This document shows, one piece after another, positions 28,808 through 38,638 of a stretch of 64,000 bases of DNA; the stretch's first letter is position 1, and each line of letters starts with the position of its first letter. A program made the position numbers and the translations under genes. This DNA comes from Opitutaceae bacterium (GTDB lineage: Bacteria; Verrucomicrobiota; Verrucomicrobiia; Opitutales; Opitutaceae): the NCBI GenBank assembly GCA_037142955.1, contig JBAWZQ010000003.1, positions 8,980 through 72,979 on the forward strand. The letters are read 5' to 3'. The notes beneath the pieces are model-generated. The model searched no databases and was not told the origin of the DNA. It saw nothing but the letters and a program-made list of their open reading frames with translations.

Positions 28808-31287
28808 GATTTGGTCAGCGTTTCGTCTAAGTTAAGAATCGCGAGGCAGACGGCGGTGTAGGCGGCGTGTTCCGCGGGGGCCAACGTGGGATCACGCGGA
28901 ATGGCCCCGACTGTTAGAAACGCTTGAGCGGCGATAGGATCGGCGGAGAAGCGGGCGAGTTGTTTTTCCAGGCTGGTACGGAGAAGTTTTTTCTCCGCAC
29001 CATCAGGATCGCGGGCAAGGACTAGGCGGAAGGCGTACGCGAGGCGGGTATCCCGAAAAAATGCCGCGCGGAGTGTGCGCGCCGCGAGTGCCCGTGCAGC
29101 TTCGATGTAAGTTGGATCGTTGAGCGTGGTGAGCGCGTGCAGCGGTGTGCTGGTGATCGCGGTGCGTACCTTGCAGGTGTTACGCGCTGAGGCATCGAAC
29201 ATGTTGGAAGGTGCTACGGTACGGCGCCAAAATGTGTAGAGGCTGCGACGGTAGAGATCTTCGCCGGTGGACTGTGGGTAGGTGAAGTCACGTTCTTTTG
29301 TGATCGCGAGCGAGTCCCAGATATCGGCGGGTTGGTAGGGATAAACCGGTTTGCCGCCCAGGCGGTCGACGAGGAGCCCAGAGACTGCGAGGGCTTGGTC
29401 GCGGATCATCATCGCGGGAAGACGAATCCGAGCACCGCGAGCGTAGAGGCGATTTTCTGGGTCACGCTCGAGCAGGGCGGGTGTGACGCGGGAAGATTGG
29501 CGATAGGTGGCGCTCGTGACGATGAGGCGATGAAGCGCTTTGGTGTTCCAGCCGCCGTCCCGGTATTCTACGGCGAGCCAATCAAGCAAGGCTTGGTGAA
29601 CCGGCGCATCGCTTTGAACCCCGAAGTCCTCGCTGGTTTTGACAAGGCCCAGGCCAAAGAAAGTCTGCCAATGTCGGTTGACGATGACACGTGCGGTGAG
29701 GGGCTGCGCGGGACTCATAAGCCAGCGCGCGAGGCCCAAACGGTTGCGCGGTGCATCGGCGGGAAGTGGCGGCAAAAACTCGGGCGTAGCGAAGGAAACT
29801 TTATTTAGAGGCGTCTCGTAGTTACCGCGGTCGAGGATGAACGTATCGCGGGGTTTGCTGTCCTCCATGACCATGACGCGCGGGTAGTCATCGACTTTGA
29901 GGCGGGCCAAATCAGCGAGCAGTCGGGCGAGCTCAGGATGAACCTGAGCGAGGCCGTGTTTGAAAAAATAGCGCCGGAGGTCGCCGTTTTCGAGCTCGGG
30001 GCGTTCCTTGGCGGGGCGGGCGGCGGTGGCGCGGAGGGCGGGAACGGGAAAGGTTTCGTCCGTGGCGATCTTGGCTTCCCAATCAACCCGGAGTTTGACG
30101 AGCAATTCGTCGGATTTGAGGGCGGCGAGACGGGCTTCGACGGCTGCGAGTTGGGCTTTGTGTTCGGGAGTTGCGAGGTCAAGTACGGGTGCTGCGGTTC
30201 GGACTTTGTAAGAGGAGCCGCCTACAAGTCCGGTTTCAGGAACGTTATTAAACGCCGCGAGTAGCGAGTAATAATCGCGTTGGGTGATGGGATCGAATTT
30301 ATGATCGTGGCACTGGGCGCAGGCGACGGTGAGGCCAAGCCAGTTGGTCGCGGTGGTGTCGACGCGATCGAATAGGGTGACGTGGCGTTGTTCTTCGGGG
30401 ATGGCGCCGCCCTCGCCGTTGAGCAGGTGGTTGCGGTTGAATGCGGTGGCGATACGTTGGTCGATGCTGGGGTTGGGCAGGAGGTCGCCGGCGAGCTGTT
30501 CAATACTGAATTGGTCAAAAGGTTGGTTGGCGTTGAGGGCGCGGACGACCCAGTCGCGCCAGATCCACTGAAAAGTATCGCCGTCCTGTTGGAAGCCGTT
30601 GGAATCAGCGTAGCGCGCGGCGTCGAGCCACGGCAGCGCCATGCGTTCACCGTAGTGCGGTGAGGCGAGGAGGCGATCGACGAGACGTTCGTAGGCGTCA
30701 GGTTTTTTGTCGGCAAGGAAGTCGGCGAGTTCGGCGGGCGTAGGCGGAAGGCCGGTGAGATCAAGGCTGACCCGGCGAATCAAAGTTGCACGTGAGGCCT
30801 CCGGTGACGGCGTTAATTGCTCGGTTTCCAGACGTGCAAGGACAAAGCGGTCGATAGGATTTTTAACCCAATTTTCAGTGTGGACGCTGGGAGGGTTCCG
30901 GCGCGTGGGGGCAGAAAATGTCCAATGTGGGGTGAACGGTGCACCCTCAGCTACCCACTGACGAAGGGTGTCTTTTTGCGCGGTGGTGAGGACGCGGTGT
31001 GAATCAGCTGGGGGCATCTGCTCGTCTTCCTCAGTCGAAAGGATACGGGCGATCAGTTCACTTTCGCTGGGTTGGCCAGGGACAACGACTTTGTTGCCGA
31101 GTTGGCCCTCGCGGGTATCGAGGCGAAGTTTGGCTTTGCGCTTAGTGGCGTCTTGGCCGTGGCAGTAAAAACAATTTTCCGCTAGGATGGGGCGAATGTC
31201 ATGGGTGTAGTCGATCGACGTTGGCGCCGGCGCGGCGGGCACGGGCAGGAGGGCGACGACGAAAAACAGCGGAATAAATTTTAACAT
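28804..31287 (-). CDS. PSCyt1 + PSCyt2 (DUF1549) + PSD1 (DUF1553) protein
   Basis: Signal peptide and heme motif CFYCH. DUF1549 block (NPIDRFVLARLE...LIRRVSLDLTGLPPTP), CAQCHDHKFDP, and a DUF1553 C-terminus (TTPLHALTTLND). Confidence 0.8.
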   Translation of the reverse strand: MLKFIPLFFVVALLPVPAAPAPTSIDYTHDIRPILAENCFYCHGQDATKRKAKLRLDTREGQLGNKVVVPGQPSESELIARILSTEEDEQMPPADSHRVLTTAQKDTLRQWVAEGAPFTPHWTFSAPTRRNPPSVHTENWVKNPIDRFVLARLETEQLTPSPEASRATLIRRVSLDLTGLPPTPAELADFLADKKPDAYERLVDRLLASPHYGERMALPWLDAARYADSNGFQQDGDTFQWIWRDWVVRALNANQPFDQFSIEQLAGDLLPNPSIDQRIATAFNRNHLLNGEGGAIPEEQRHVTLFDRVDTTATNWLGLTVACAQCHDHKFDPITQRDYYSLLAAFNNVPETGLVGGSSYKVRTAAPVLDLATPEHKAQLAAVEARLAALKSDELLVKLRVDWEAKIATDETFPVPALRATAARPAKERPELENGDLRRYFFKHGLAQVHPELARLLADLARLKVDDYPRVMVMEDSKPRDTFILDRGNYETPLNKVSFATPEFLPPLPADAPRNRLGLARWLMSPAQPLTARVIVNRHWQTFFGLGLVKTSEDFGVQSDAPVHQALLDWLAVEYRDGGWNTKALHRLIVTSATYRQSSRVTPALLERDPENRLYARGARIRLPAMMIRDQALAVSGLLVDRLGGKPVYPYQPADIWDSLAITKERDFTYPQSTGEDLYRRSLYTFWRRTVAPSNMFDASARNTCKVRTAITSTPLHALTTLNDPTYIEAARALAARTLRAAFFRDTRLAYAFRLVLARDPDGAEKKLLRTSLEKQLARFSADPIAAQAFLTVGAIPRDPTLAPAEHAAYTAVCLAILNLDETLTKS

Positions 31288-31308
31288 GCGCGGGGCGACG
31301 CGGGGCGA

Positions 31309-32862
31309 TCAGGCGAGTAAATCAGTGATGACCTTGGCCGGCAGCACGCCGGTGAGTTTCTGGTCGAGGCCTTGGAACTTATAAGTGAGGCGTTCGTGAT
31401 CTAGACCGAATTGGTGTAGAATTGTCGCGTGGAGGTCGCGGATGTGGACCGGGTCTTTGACGATGTTGTAAGAGAAATCGTCGGTTTGACCGTAGCTGAG
31501 GCCTGGTTTCATCCCAGCGCCGGCCATCCACATGCTGAAGCAGCGCGGGTGATGGTCGCGGCCATAATCATTGGGCTTGAGCGTGCCTTGGGAATAAACG
31601 GTCCGCCCGAATTCGCCACCCCAGATGACGAGCGTGTCATCGAGAAGACCGCGACGTTTGAGGTCGGTGATGAGGCCGTAAGTGGGGCGGTCGGAGTCTT
31701 CGCAGAGGGTTTTAATGTTTTCAGGAAGTAGGTTGTGATTGTCCCAGCTGCGTAGGAAAACTTGAGTGAAACGCACGCCGCGTTCGGCAAGGCGGCGGGC
31801 CATGAGACAGTTGTAGGCGAAGGTGCCAGGTTCTTTAGCCTTAGGGCCGTAGAGGTCCCAAGTGGAAGCAGGTTCGTTGGAGAAATCCGTCAGCTCGGGC
31901 ACGGAGGTCTGCATGCGGAACGCGAGTTCGTATTGGGCGATGCGTGCGTTGGTCTCAGGGTCGCCCACCGTTTCGTAGAGCTGACGGTTTACGTCGTTTA
32001 CGCCGTCGATCATGGCTCGGCGCAGGTCACTGTTTACGCCGGGCGGGTTGCTCAAATGCAGGACCGGATCGCCGCCGGAGCGGAGGGCTACTGCAGCGTA
32101 TTCGGGTGAGAGAAAACCGGAGGCCCAGAGGCGGTTGGAGAGCGCCTGGACGTTGCGGGTGACGGGCATCTTCGAGGTGAGCACCACAAAGGTCGGCAGC
32201 TCGTCGTTGACTGCACCGAGGCCGTAAGAGAGCCAGGAGCCGAGTGAAGGTTTACCGGGAAACATGTTACCGGTGGTAAGCTGGAGAATCGCCGGCTCGT
32301 GATTAATAGCCTCGGTGTGGAGAGATTTGATGACCGTGAGGTGGTCAGCAATTTTTGCGGTCCAGGGATAAAGTTCAGAGACCCAGTGACCGGCGCGACC
32401 ATGCTGGGCGAATTTATAAAAGCTCGGGGCTACGGGCAGTCGCGCTTGGCTGGCGGTCATGCCGGTGAGCACTTGGCCACCGCGAACGGATTCGGGCAGA
32501 TCCGTGTTGAATAGGGATTGGAGGCCAGGCTTGTAATCCCAAGTTTCGAGCTGTGACGGCGCACCGGCCATGAAAAGATAAATGGCGCGTTTGGCCTTTG
32601 GGGCGAAGTGAGGAACTTGCGCGGCGAGAGCGGCGCCATCCGAGGGATGACTCGCGGCTCGAGCGGACGAAGCACCGCGACCCACGATGCTTGCGAGGCC
32701 AGCCCAGGCGAGGGCTTTACCCGAACGACCCAGAAAGTGGCGACGGGTCTCGAGGCTGAGCCATTCGTCTTTAAGTGATTGAGGCACAGGGAGGTGCCAG
32801 ATCGTAGGGTTTTCGCCGCCGTGGTCGGAGCAGAGGTCGTGGGAATCGTGGGGAGCGGACAT
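31309..32862 (-). CDS. DUF1501-domain protein (Tat signal)
   Basis: Contains ETRRHFLGRSGKA, AGAPSQLETWDYKP, SWDNH and NDYGRDHH; a paralog of 27359-28807. Confidence 0.8.
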   Translation of the reverse strand: MSAPHDSHDLCSDHGGENPTIWHLPVPQSLKDEWLSLETRRHFLGRSGKALAWAGLASIVGRGASSARAASHPSDGAALAAQVPHFAPKAKRAIYLFMAGAPSQLETWDYKPGLQSLFNTDLPESVRGGQVLTGMTASQARLPVAPSFYKFAQHGRAGHWVSELYPWTAKIADHLTVIKSLHTEAINHEPAILQLTTGNMFPGKPSLGSWLSYGLGAVNDELPTFVVLTSKMPVTRNVQALSNRLWASGFLSPEYAAVALRSGGDPVLHLSNPPGVNSDLRRAMIDGVNDVNRQLYETVGDPETNARIAQYELAFRMQTSVPELTDFSNEPASTWDLYGPKAKEPGTFAYNCLMARRLAERGVRFTQVFLRSWDNHNLLPENIKTLCEDSDRPTYGLITDLKRRGLLDDTLVIWGGEFGRTVYSQGTLKPNDYGRDHHPRCFSMWMAGAGMKPGLSYGQTDDFSYNIVKDPVHIRDLHATILHQFGLDHERLTYKFQGLDQKLTGVLPAKVITDLLA

Positions 32863-32873
32863 GGCGCGGGCAG

Positions 32874-35800
32874 TTACTTGGTGAGAAATTCGTCGAGGTT
32901 AAAGAACTGGCTGGAGACGAGCGTCCATTGCGCGAGTTCGACGGGATCCAGATTTTTCCCCACGGGGGTTTCGCCGACGGTGAGCAGGGCGCGGGCTTCG
33001 ATGGGATTTTTTTGGTAGTAAGTGGCGAAGGTGGCGCGTGTGCGTTCCAGGGCGGTGCGTTCGGCGGGTTTTAGTGAGCGACCGAGCGTGAGGTGCGCGA
33101 GGGTGTCGAGGCGGGTGGTGGCATCGTTTGAAGCGGTGACGGCAACTTCGGCCAGCTGGCGGGCGGCTTCGACGAATTGCGGGTCGTTCATCGTTACGAA
33201 GGCTTGCAACGGCGTGTTGGTGCGGGCCCGGCGGACGCAAACGAATTCGCGCGAGGTGGCGTCAAACGTCTCCAAGCTTGGTGGCGGGGAGGCGCGTTTC
33301 CAAAACGTGTATACGCTGCGGCGGTGGAGGTCTTCGCCCGTGCCGGGAATATATTTCCTGGTGTTGGATTCGGGCATTGCAACTTCTTCCCATAGTCCGG
33401 GCGGTTGGTAAGGTTTGACGGGGGCCCCGCCAATTTTTTCGACCAGCAGGCCCGAGGTAGCGAGAGCGGCGTCGCGGAGCATTTCGCCGTCCATACGGAA
33501 GCGCGGCCCACGAGCTAGAAATTTGTTGCCGGGATCGGCGGCGAGTAGCTCCGGTGTCACGTTGGCGGATTGGCGGTAGGTCGCAGAGGTAACTAGGGTG
33601 CGGTAAAATTTTTTCACATCCCAGCCGCTCTCGCGGAACTCGACGGCGAGCCAATCGAGTAACGCAGTGTGCGAGGGCCTTGCGCCCATGATGCCGAAAT
33701 CACCTGCGGTCTCGACAAGACCGCGGCCAAAAACTTCCTGCCACATGCGGTTGACCGTGACGCGGGTGAGCAGCGGTTGCTCGGGGGTTAGCAGCCATTC
33801 GGCCAGAGCGCGGCGATCGGGGCGCATACCGGCAGGCAGCGGCGGTAGAAAGTGCGGTGTGCCGGGCGCGACGCGTTCTACGCGGGCGTAGTAATCACCA
33901 CGTTTGAGGAGATCAGCGTAGGCGGGTTGGGCGCGCTCACGTGCAACGAGGGTGGGGGCGCCCCCGCGCGTGAGGATGTCGATACGGTTATCGATGACGG
34001 CGAGTTCAGCGGTAATTTTTTTGGCTTCGGCGTCGATCTGACCCAGGTAGAATTTCTCGGCTACAACAAAGGTTTCGTCCGTGGTCCAGCGGTTGGGTTC
34101 GGGCTGATGTTTGATAATTTCGGCGGCGACGTCTTCAAAGGGCAGGCGGCTGACCTCTTCAGCATTGAGGGCGCGTCGGTAGAAGCGGATGTCTTGGAAA
34201 CGGCCTTCGCGGAGTGGATCAGAATCATCGCGGCGTCCTAGGTAGGTGGTCGCTGTGGTGCGAATTGTGGTTACTCCGGAGAGTTGGGATTCGAGCGCGG
34301 CGCGTCGATAGAGTCGGATATCAGGCGCGCTGCCCTTGCGGAGTGGTTCGCTATTGGTGTAGCGCAGCGGTGCGGCGGGTGCGAGCAGGGGACTACGCGG
34401 GTCAAGGTTGTCGCTGCGGACGGTGCGGCGGATCGCTTTGCCGTTGAGATAAACCTGAAGCCCTGCGGCGCGCCGTGAGCCATCATAGGTGAAGAAGATA
34501 TGTTGCCAATCTCCGTTGGTGAGGACGTCGCGAGAAACGATGGTGAGGGCTCGACCGGCTGGCCCGTCAGCGAGGTTAATGACAAGGCGGTTTTTCTCGA
34601 AGAAAATTTCCCAGCCGCGGCCTGGACCTTTTTCCGGCGAGCGATAACGCGAGAGCAGGGTGCCATCGCCGGTGCCGCTGCCGCCGGGTTTGGCGCGAGG
34701 CATAAACCAGCCGCCGGCGGAAAAGGCTTCTTGGGCGTCAACGTCACCGGTGCGGCCGAGGGGTAAGCGAGTGAAAATATCGAAGCGCGCGCTGGGCCAG
34801 AACCACGAAGATTCGCCCCAGACGAGTGGATTGGTGTCGGCTTTGAACGTGGTTGGGACGTTGTTGCCGGCTTGGGGCGCGGAATTTGTTATGGTATCGC
34901 CTTTGGCCTCGTCGAAGCGGAGGCGAAGTTCAAGACCGGCGGCGGATACGGGTTGGGGTCGCGCGCCGCTGGCGAGCCAGCTCTTGATCGTAACTGGTGT
35001 GTTTTGGCGGAGCTCGTTGAGGCGCATTTCAAGGGAGGCACGTTCAGCGAGGGCGGCGTTGACGGCGGGTAGGGCGGCTTCGGTTGGGACCCGTAAAATG
35101 GGCAAGGGTGCCTCGATGTTAAAATCCCATGGTTTATCGGCAGTGTTGTTCAGGAACGCGGCGAGCTGATAGTGATCTTTTTGCGAGATGGGATCGAATT
35201 TATGGTCGTGGCAGGCGGCGCAACCGGTGGTCAGGCCAAGGAAGGTCGCGCCGAAGGCTTCAACGCGGTCCCGAGTGAGGTTCATGGCCACTTCTTCGGT
35301 GACGGTACCGCCTTCATTGGTGGTTACACTACAGCGCACGAATCCAGTAGCGGCCAGTTCGTCGACGTTCTTGGCGGGCAGGAGATCTCCGGCGAGTTGT
35401 TCGCGGACAAAGCGGTCGAAGGGTTTATTGGCGTTAAATGCGCGGATGACGTAATCTCGGTACGGCCAGATCGCGCGGTAGTTGTCGAAATGCAGTCCGT
35501 GCGTGTCGCCGTAGCGAGCGTAGTCGAGCCAGTACCTGGCCCGGTGTTCGCCATAGCGCGGGCTGGTGAGAAGCCGGTCAACGGCGCGTTCGTAGGCATC
35601 GGGCGCGGGGTCGGCGATGAAAGCGGCCACATCGGCCGGAGTGGGCGGCAGGCCGGTGAGATCGAAGGTGACACGACGAATCAAGGTGGCGCGGTCGGCT
35701 TCGGGAGAGGGCGTTAGATTTTCTTTTTCGAGTCGGGCAAAAATGAAAGCGTCGATAGGGTTTTGAATTTTAAACTGCGAATTAGCGATCTTGGGCACTT

Positions 35801-36275
35801 TGGGACGTTGCGGCGCGATGAAGGCCCAGTGGTCTTCATACACGGCGCCTTCGCTAATCCACTGACGCAGTAGAGCGATTTCCTCTCGCTGGAGTGTTTT
35901 GTGCGCTTCGGGGGGAGGCATTACAACCTCGGGATCTTTCGAATATAGGCGGGTGAGCACTGAGCTTTTCTCAGGCTGGCCTCTGACGATGGCGGGGCCG
36001 TTCTTGCGCGGGGCGAAGGCTTCTGAGGCGACGTCGAGTCGAAGTTCGGCTTTGCGGGTGTTTTTATCCGGACCGTGGCAGTGGTAGCAATATTCGGACA
36101 GGATGGGTTGAATGTGCTCGTTGAAGGAGACTTTAGAGGCGACGGTAGCGGGGTTCGACTTAGCGACTGTTAGCGCCATTGCGGATGGAGAACGACCACA
36201 GCCCACTTGGGCTAGCAACAGCATTGAACTGGCGCTGATCAGACTAATAAAGGTAGCGAGACGAGAGCTAAGCAT
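32874..36275 (-). CDS. PSCyt1 + DUF1549 + central LamG/jellyroll-like insert + DUF1553 protein
   Basis: The start is taken at the internal Met with a signal peptide (MLSSRLATFISLISASSMLLLAQ). Contains CYHCH, NPIDAFIFARLE..LIRRVTFDLTGLPPTP, CAACHDHKFDP and NTPLQAFVTMND. About 300 extra residues lie between the two conserved blocks. Confidence 0.75.
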   Translation of the reverse strand: MLSSRLATFISLISASSMLLLAQVGCGRSPSAMALTVAKSNPATVASKVSFNEHIQPILSEYCYHCHGPDKNTRKAELRLDVASEAFAPRKNGPAIVRGQPEKSSVLTRLYSKDPEVVMPPPEAHKTLQREEIALLRQWISEGAVYEDHWAFIAPQRPKVPKIANSQFKIQNPIDAFIFARLEKENLTPSPEADRATLIRRVTFDLTGLPPTPADVAAFIADPAPDAYERAVDRLLTSPRYGEHRARYWLDYARYGDTHGLHFDNYRAIWPYRDYVIRAFNANKPFDRFVREQLAGDLLPAKNVDELAATGFVRCSVTTNEGGTVTEEVAMNLTRDRVEAFGATFLGLTTGCAACHDHKFDPISQKDHYQLAAFLNNTADKPWDFNIEAPLPILRVPTEAALPAVNAALAERASLEMRLNELRQNTPVTIKSWLASGARPQPVSAAGLELRLRFDEAKGDTITNSAPQAGNNVPTTFKADTNPLVWGESSWFWPSARFDIFTRLPLGRTGDVDAQEAFSAGGWFMPRAKPGGSGTGDGTLLSRYRSPEKGPGRGWEIFFEKNRLVINLADGPAGRALTIVSRDVLTNGDWQHIFFTYDGSRRAAGLQVYLNGKAIRRTVRSDNLDPRSPLLAPAAPLRYTNSEPLRKGSAPDIRLYRRAALESQLSGVTTIRTTATTYLGRRDDSDPLREGRFQDIRFYRRALNAEEVSRLPFEDVAAEIIKHQPEPNRWTTDETFVVAEKFYLGQIDAEAKKITAELAVIDNRIDILTRGGAPTLVARERAQPAYADLLKRGDYYARVERVAPGTPHFLPPLPAGMRPDRRALAEWLLTPEQPLLTRVTVNRMWQEVFGRGLVETAGDFGIMGARPSHTALLDWLAVEFRESGWDVKKFYRTLVTSATYRQSANVTPELLAADPGNKFLARGPRFRMDGEMLRDAALATSGLLVEKIGGAPVKPYQPPGLWEEVAMPESNTRKYIPGTGEDLHRRSVYTFWKRASPPPSLETFDATSREFVCVRRARTNTPLQAFVTMNDPQFVEAARQLAEVAVTASNDATTRLDTLAHLTLGRSLKPAERTALERTRATFATYYQKNPIEARALLTVGETPVGKNLDPVELAQWTLVSSQFFNLDEFLTK

Positions 36276-36336
36276 GGTCGATGACGCGGAGGAGATGGCC
36301 TTGGATATTTCGCTAAAACTGCTCCGAGCGCGTGAT

Positions 36337-36347
36337 TGAAATTTCAG
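36337..36347. promoter_or_regulatory. Palindromic box TGAAATTTCAG, copy 1, in a divergent intergenic region
   Basis: The exact 11-mer containing the 10-bp palindrome TGAAATTTCA recurs at 36463-36473. Confidence 0.25.
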
Positions 36348-36462
36348 AAACAAAAAGAAGACAGAGCGTTTGGGGTTGGGGAGGGTCGAGGTAAGAAGAT
36401 AAACCAAGTTCTGCTTTGTAATGACTGCAAGGACTGACCCTCTTGAATTCAAAAAATTATAA

Positions 36463-36473
36463 TGAAATTTCAG
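36463..36473. promoter_or_regulatory. Palindromic box TGAAATTTCAG, copy 2
   Basis: Identical 11-mer 126 bp from copy 1, upstream of the symporter gene. Confidence 0.25.
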
Positions 36474-36575
36474 GGTCATTTTGGCCTTTAAGTGGGCTGA
36501 TACTGTAAGAACACTTGGTCTGAGGTTTGCTCTTAAAGCTTGGCGCATGCGTCGCTCGCTGAATCACTACAAATT

Positions 36576-37898
36576 ATGGTTACCCCGCATTCTTCTAGCG
36601 CCGCCGAGGCGCCCAAACCTTGGTACTATCTTAGCCTCACCAAGCAAATCATGCTCGGTCTTGGGCTGGGCGTTATGATTGGCGTGGTCCTATCGGGTCT
36701 AACCCCTGCCTCGCGTGCGGTTTGGGATTCCTGGCTCGTGTTGGTGCGCGATATTTTTCTGCACCTGATTAAGGTCATGATCGCGCCGCTCGTCTTCGCC
36801 AGCGTTGTGCAAGGCATCGCCGGCACCGGCGACATGAAGAAAGTCGGTCGTATCGGTGCAAAGGCGCTGCTTTATTTTGAAATCGTTACCACCGCGGCGC
36901 TCGCTGTCGGCTTATTGGTCGTAAATTTTGCAAAGCCTGGGGTGGGTTTGAAACTCGCTGGTAGTGCGGCGGCTCTAGGATCAGCGGCGCAAAATAAACC
37001 GCTTACTTTGATAGAAACGATATTGCACTCCTTCCCAACCAGCTTGATCGACGCGATGGCGCGTAATGACGTGTTGCAGGTGGTGGTGTTTGCGGTGTTT
37101 TTCGCGATGGCGGTAATTGCCGCCGGTGAAGCGGGTAAACCGGTATTGATTTGGTGCGATAGCGTGACCCAGGTCATGTTTAAATTCGCTGGTATTATCA
37201 TGAAATTTGCGCCGTTTGGCGTGGGTGCGGCTATTGCGGTCACGGTGAGCCACCAAGGCGTCGATGTACTTTTTAATCTCGGCAAGCTGGTGCTCACGCT
37301 CTACTTCGCGCTTGTCCTGTTTGTGGTCCTGATTTTCGGCTTGGTCGTCGCAATCGCGAAGGTGCCGCTGAAGGCTTTTTTCCGCGCCGTGCGTGAGCCG
37401 TTTACGATCGCCTTTACCACGGCAAACAGCGAAGCGGCGCTGCCCAAGGCATTCGATAATATGGAAAAACTCGGTGTCCCGCGCGGCATCGTTGGCTTCG
37501 TGTTGCCGGCCGGCTATACGTTTAACCTCGACGGTTCTACGCTGCACTTGGCCGTGGCCTCGGTGTTCATCGCGCAGGTCGCTGAATCGACGACAGGTAT
37601 TCATTTTGGCATCGGCCAGCAAATCACGATGATGTTGACCTTAATGATCACCTCTAAGGGCGTGGCCGCGGTGCCGCGGGCCTCGATGGTGGTATTGATC
37701 GCGGCGCTCCAATCTTTCGGTCTGCCGCTCGAAGGTGCCGCGATGATTCTCGGCGTAGACGCACTTCTGGATATGGCGCGTACTTCGGTGAACGTCCTGG
37801 GCAACTGTCTGGCCAGCGTTGTGGTTGCCCGTTGGGAAGGTGAATTTGACGACAAGAAGGCGGCCGAAGGGTTCGGCGCGGCTGATTTCAAAGCCTGA
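36576..37898 (+). CDS. Dicarboxylate/amino acid:cation symporter (DAACS family, GltP/DctA-like)
   Basis: Polytopic protein with IKVMIAPLVFASVV, FTTANSEAALP, GYTFNLDGST and KGVAAVPRASMV. The internal Met at 36576 is preferred. Confidence 0.85.
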   Translation: MVTPHSSSAAEAPKPWYYLSLTKQIMLGLGLGVMIGVVLSGLTPASRAVWDSWLVLVRDIFLHLIKVMIAPLVFASVVQGIAGTGDMKKVGRIGAKALLYFEIVTTAALAVGLLVVNFAKPGVGLKLAGSAAALGSAAQNKPLTLIETILHSFPTSLIDAMARNDVLQVVVFAVFFAMAVIAAGEAGKPVLIWCDSVTQVMFKFAGIIMKFAPFGVGAAIAVTVSHQGVDVLFNLGKLVLTLYFALVLFVVLIFGLVVAIAKVPLKAFFRAVREPFTIAFTTANSEAALPKAFDNMEKLGVPRGIVGFVLPAGYTFNLDGSTLHLAVASVFIAQVAESTTGIHFGIGQQITMMLTLMITSKGVAAVPRASMVVLIAALQSFGLPLEGAAMILGVDALLDMARTSVNVLGNCLASVVVARWEGEFDDKKAAEGFGAADFKA

Positions 37899-37955
37899 TT
37901 TGCTGCGCCCTCGGAGCGCCCCTAGGTCTGGTTCAACGCGCGGCGTTCGCGCGTC

Positions 37956-38597
37956 TCAGGCGTAGCGGTCTTCGGTCCAAGGATCGGCGCCGTTAGAGTA
38001 GCCGCGCACTTCCCAGAAGCCGAGTTTGTCCTCAGCGAGAAAGGTGATGCCCTTGATGAACTTCGCCCCTTTCCAAGCGTAAAGTTTCGGCACGATCACG
38101 CGGGCCAAGCCGCCGTGTTCGCGCGCCAGTGGCTCACCGTTAAACAACGTGGCGACGAGTACATCGTCGTCTAAACACGCCGCGAGGGGCAGATTTGTTG
38201 AGTAACCGTCGAAGCTCGTAAAATACACAAACTGCGCCTCGGGCTTCGGCTGCGCGAGTTCGTATAAGGTCGTGAAAGCGACCCCGCCCCAGCGGCAGTC
38301 GTATTTGCTCCAGGTCGTGACGCAGTGGAAGTCACTCACATCCTCGACCTGCGGCAAACCGTGAAAATTTTCCCAATTCAGTGTGACCGGTTTTTCGACC
38401 AGACCGTCGAGTGTGAGAGACCAATCGACGGTCGTGATCGCGGGCTGCACACCGAGATCGAGCACCGGAAAACCATCGGTGAGTTTCTGGCCGGGTGGAA
38501 GGCGCTCGTGCGAGGCCACAGCGCGCGCGGTGACACCGCGAGCCTTTTGCTTCTCGGCCCATTTTTGTTTCGCTTCGATGTAGCGTGCCTTGGACAT
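37956..38597 (-). CDS. Small molybdopterin-dependent oxidoreductase (sulfite oxidase-like family)
   Basis: 213 aa. Contains FHCVTTWSKYDCRWGGV, GEPLAREHGGLARVIVPKLYAWKGAKF and GYSNGADPW. Confidence 0.7.
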   Translation of the reverse strand: MSKARYIEAKQKWAEKQKARGVTARAVASHERLPPGQKLTDGFPVLDLGVQPAITTVDWSLTLDGLVEKPVTLNWENFHGLPQVEDVSDFHCVTTWSKYDCRWGGVAFTTLYELAQPKPEAQFVYFTSFDGYSTNLPLAACLDDDVLVATLFNGEPLAREHGGLARVIVPKLYAWKGAKFIKGITFLAEDKLGFWEVRGYSNGADPWTEDRYA

Positions 38598-38638
38598 AGC
38601 GTAAAACCTGAGGTGTACGGCCGGTTTCGCAAGTCCGT

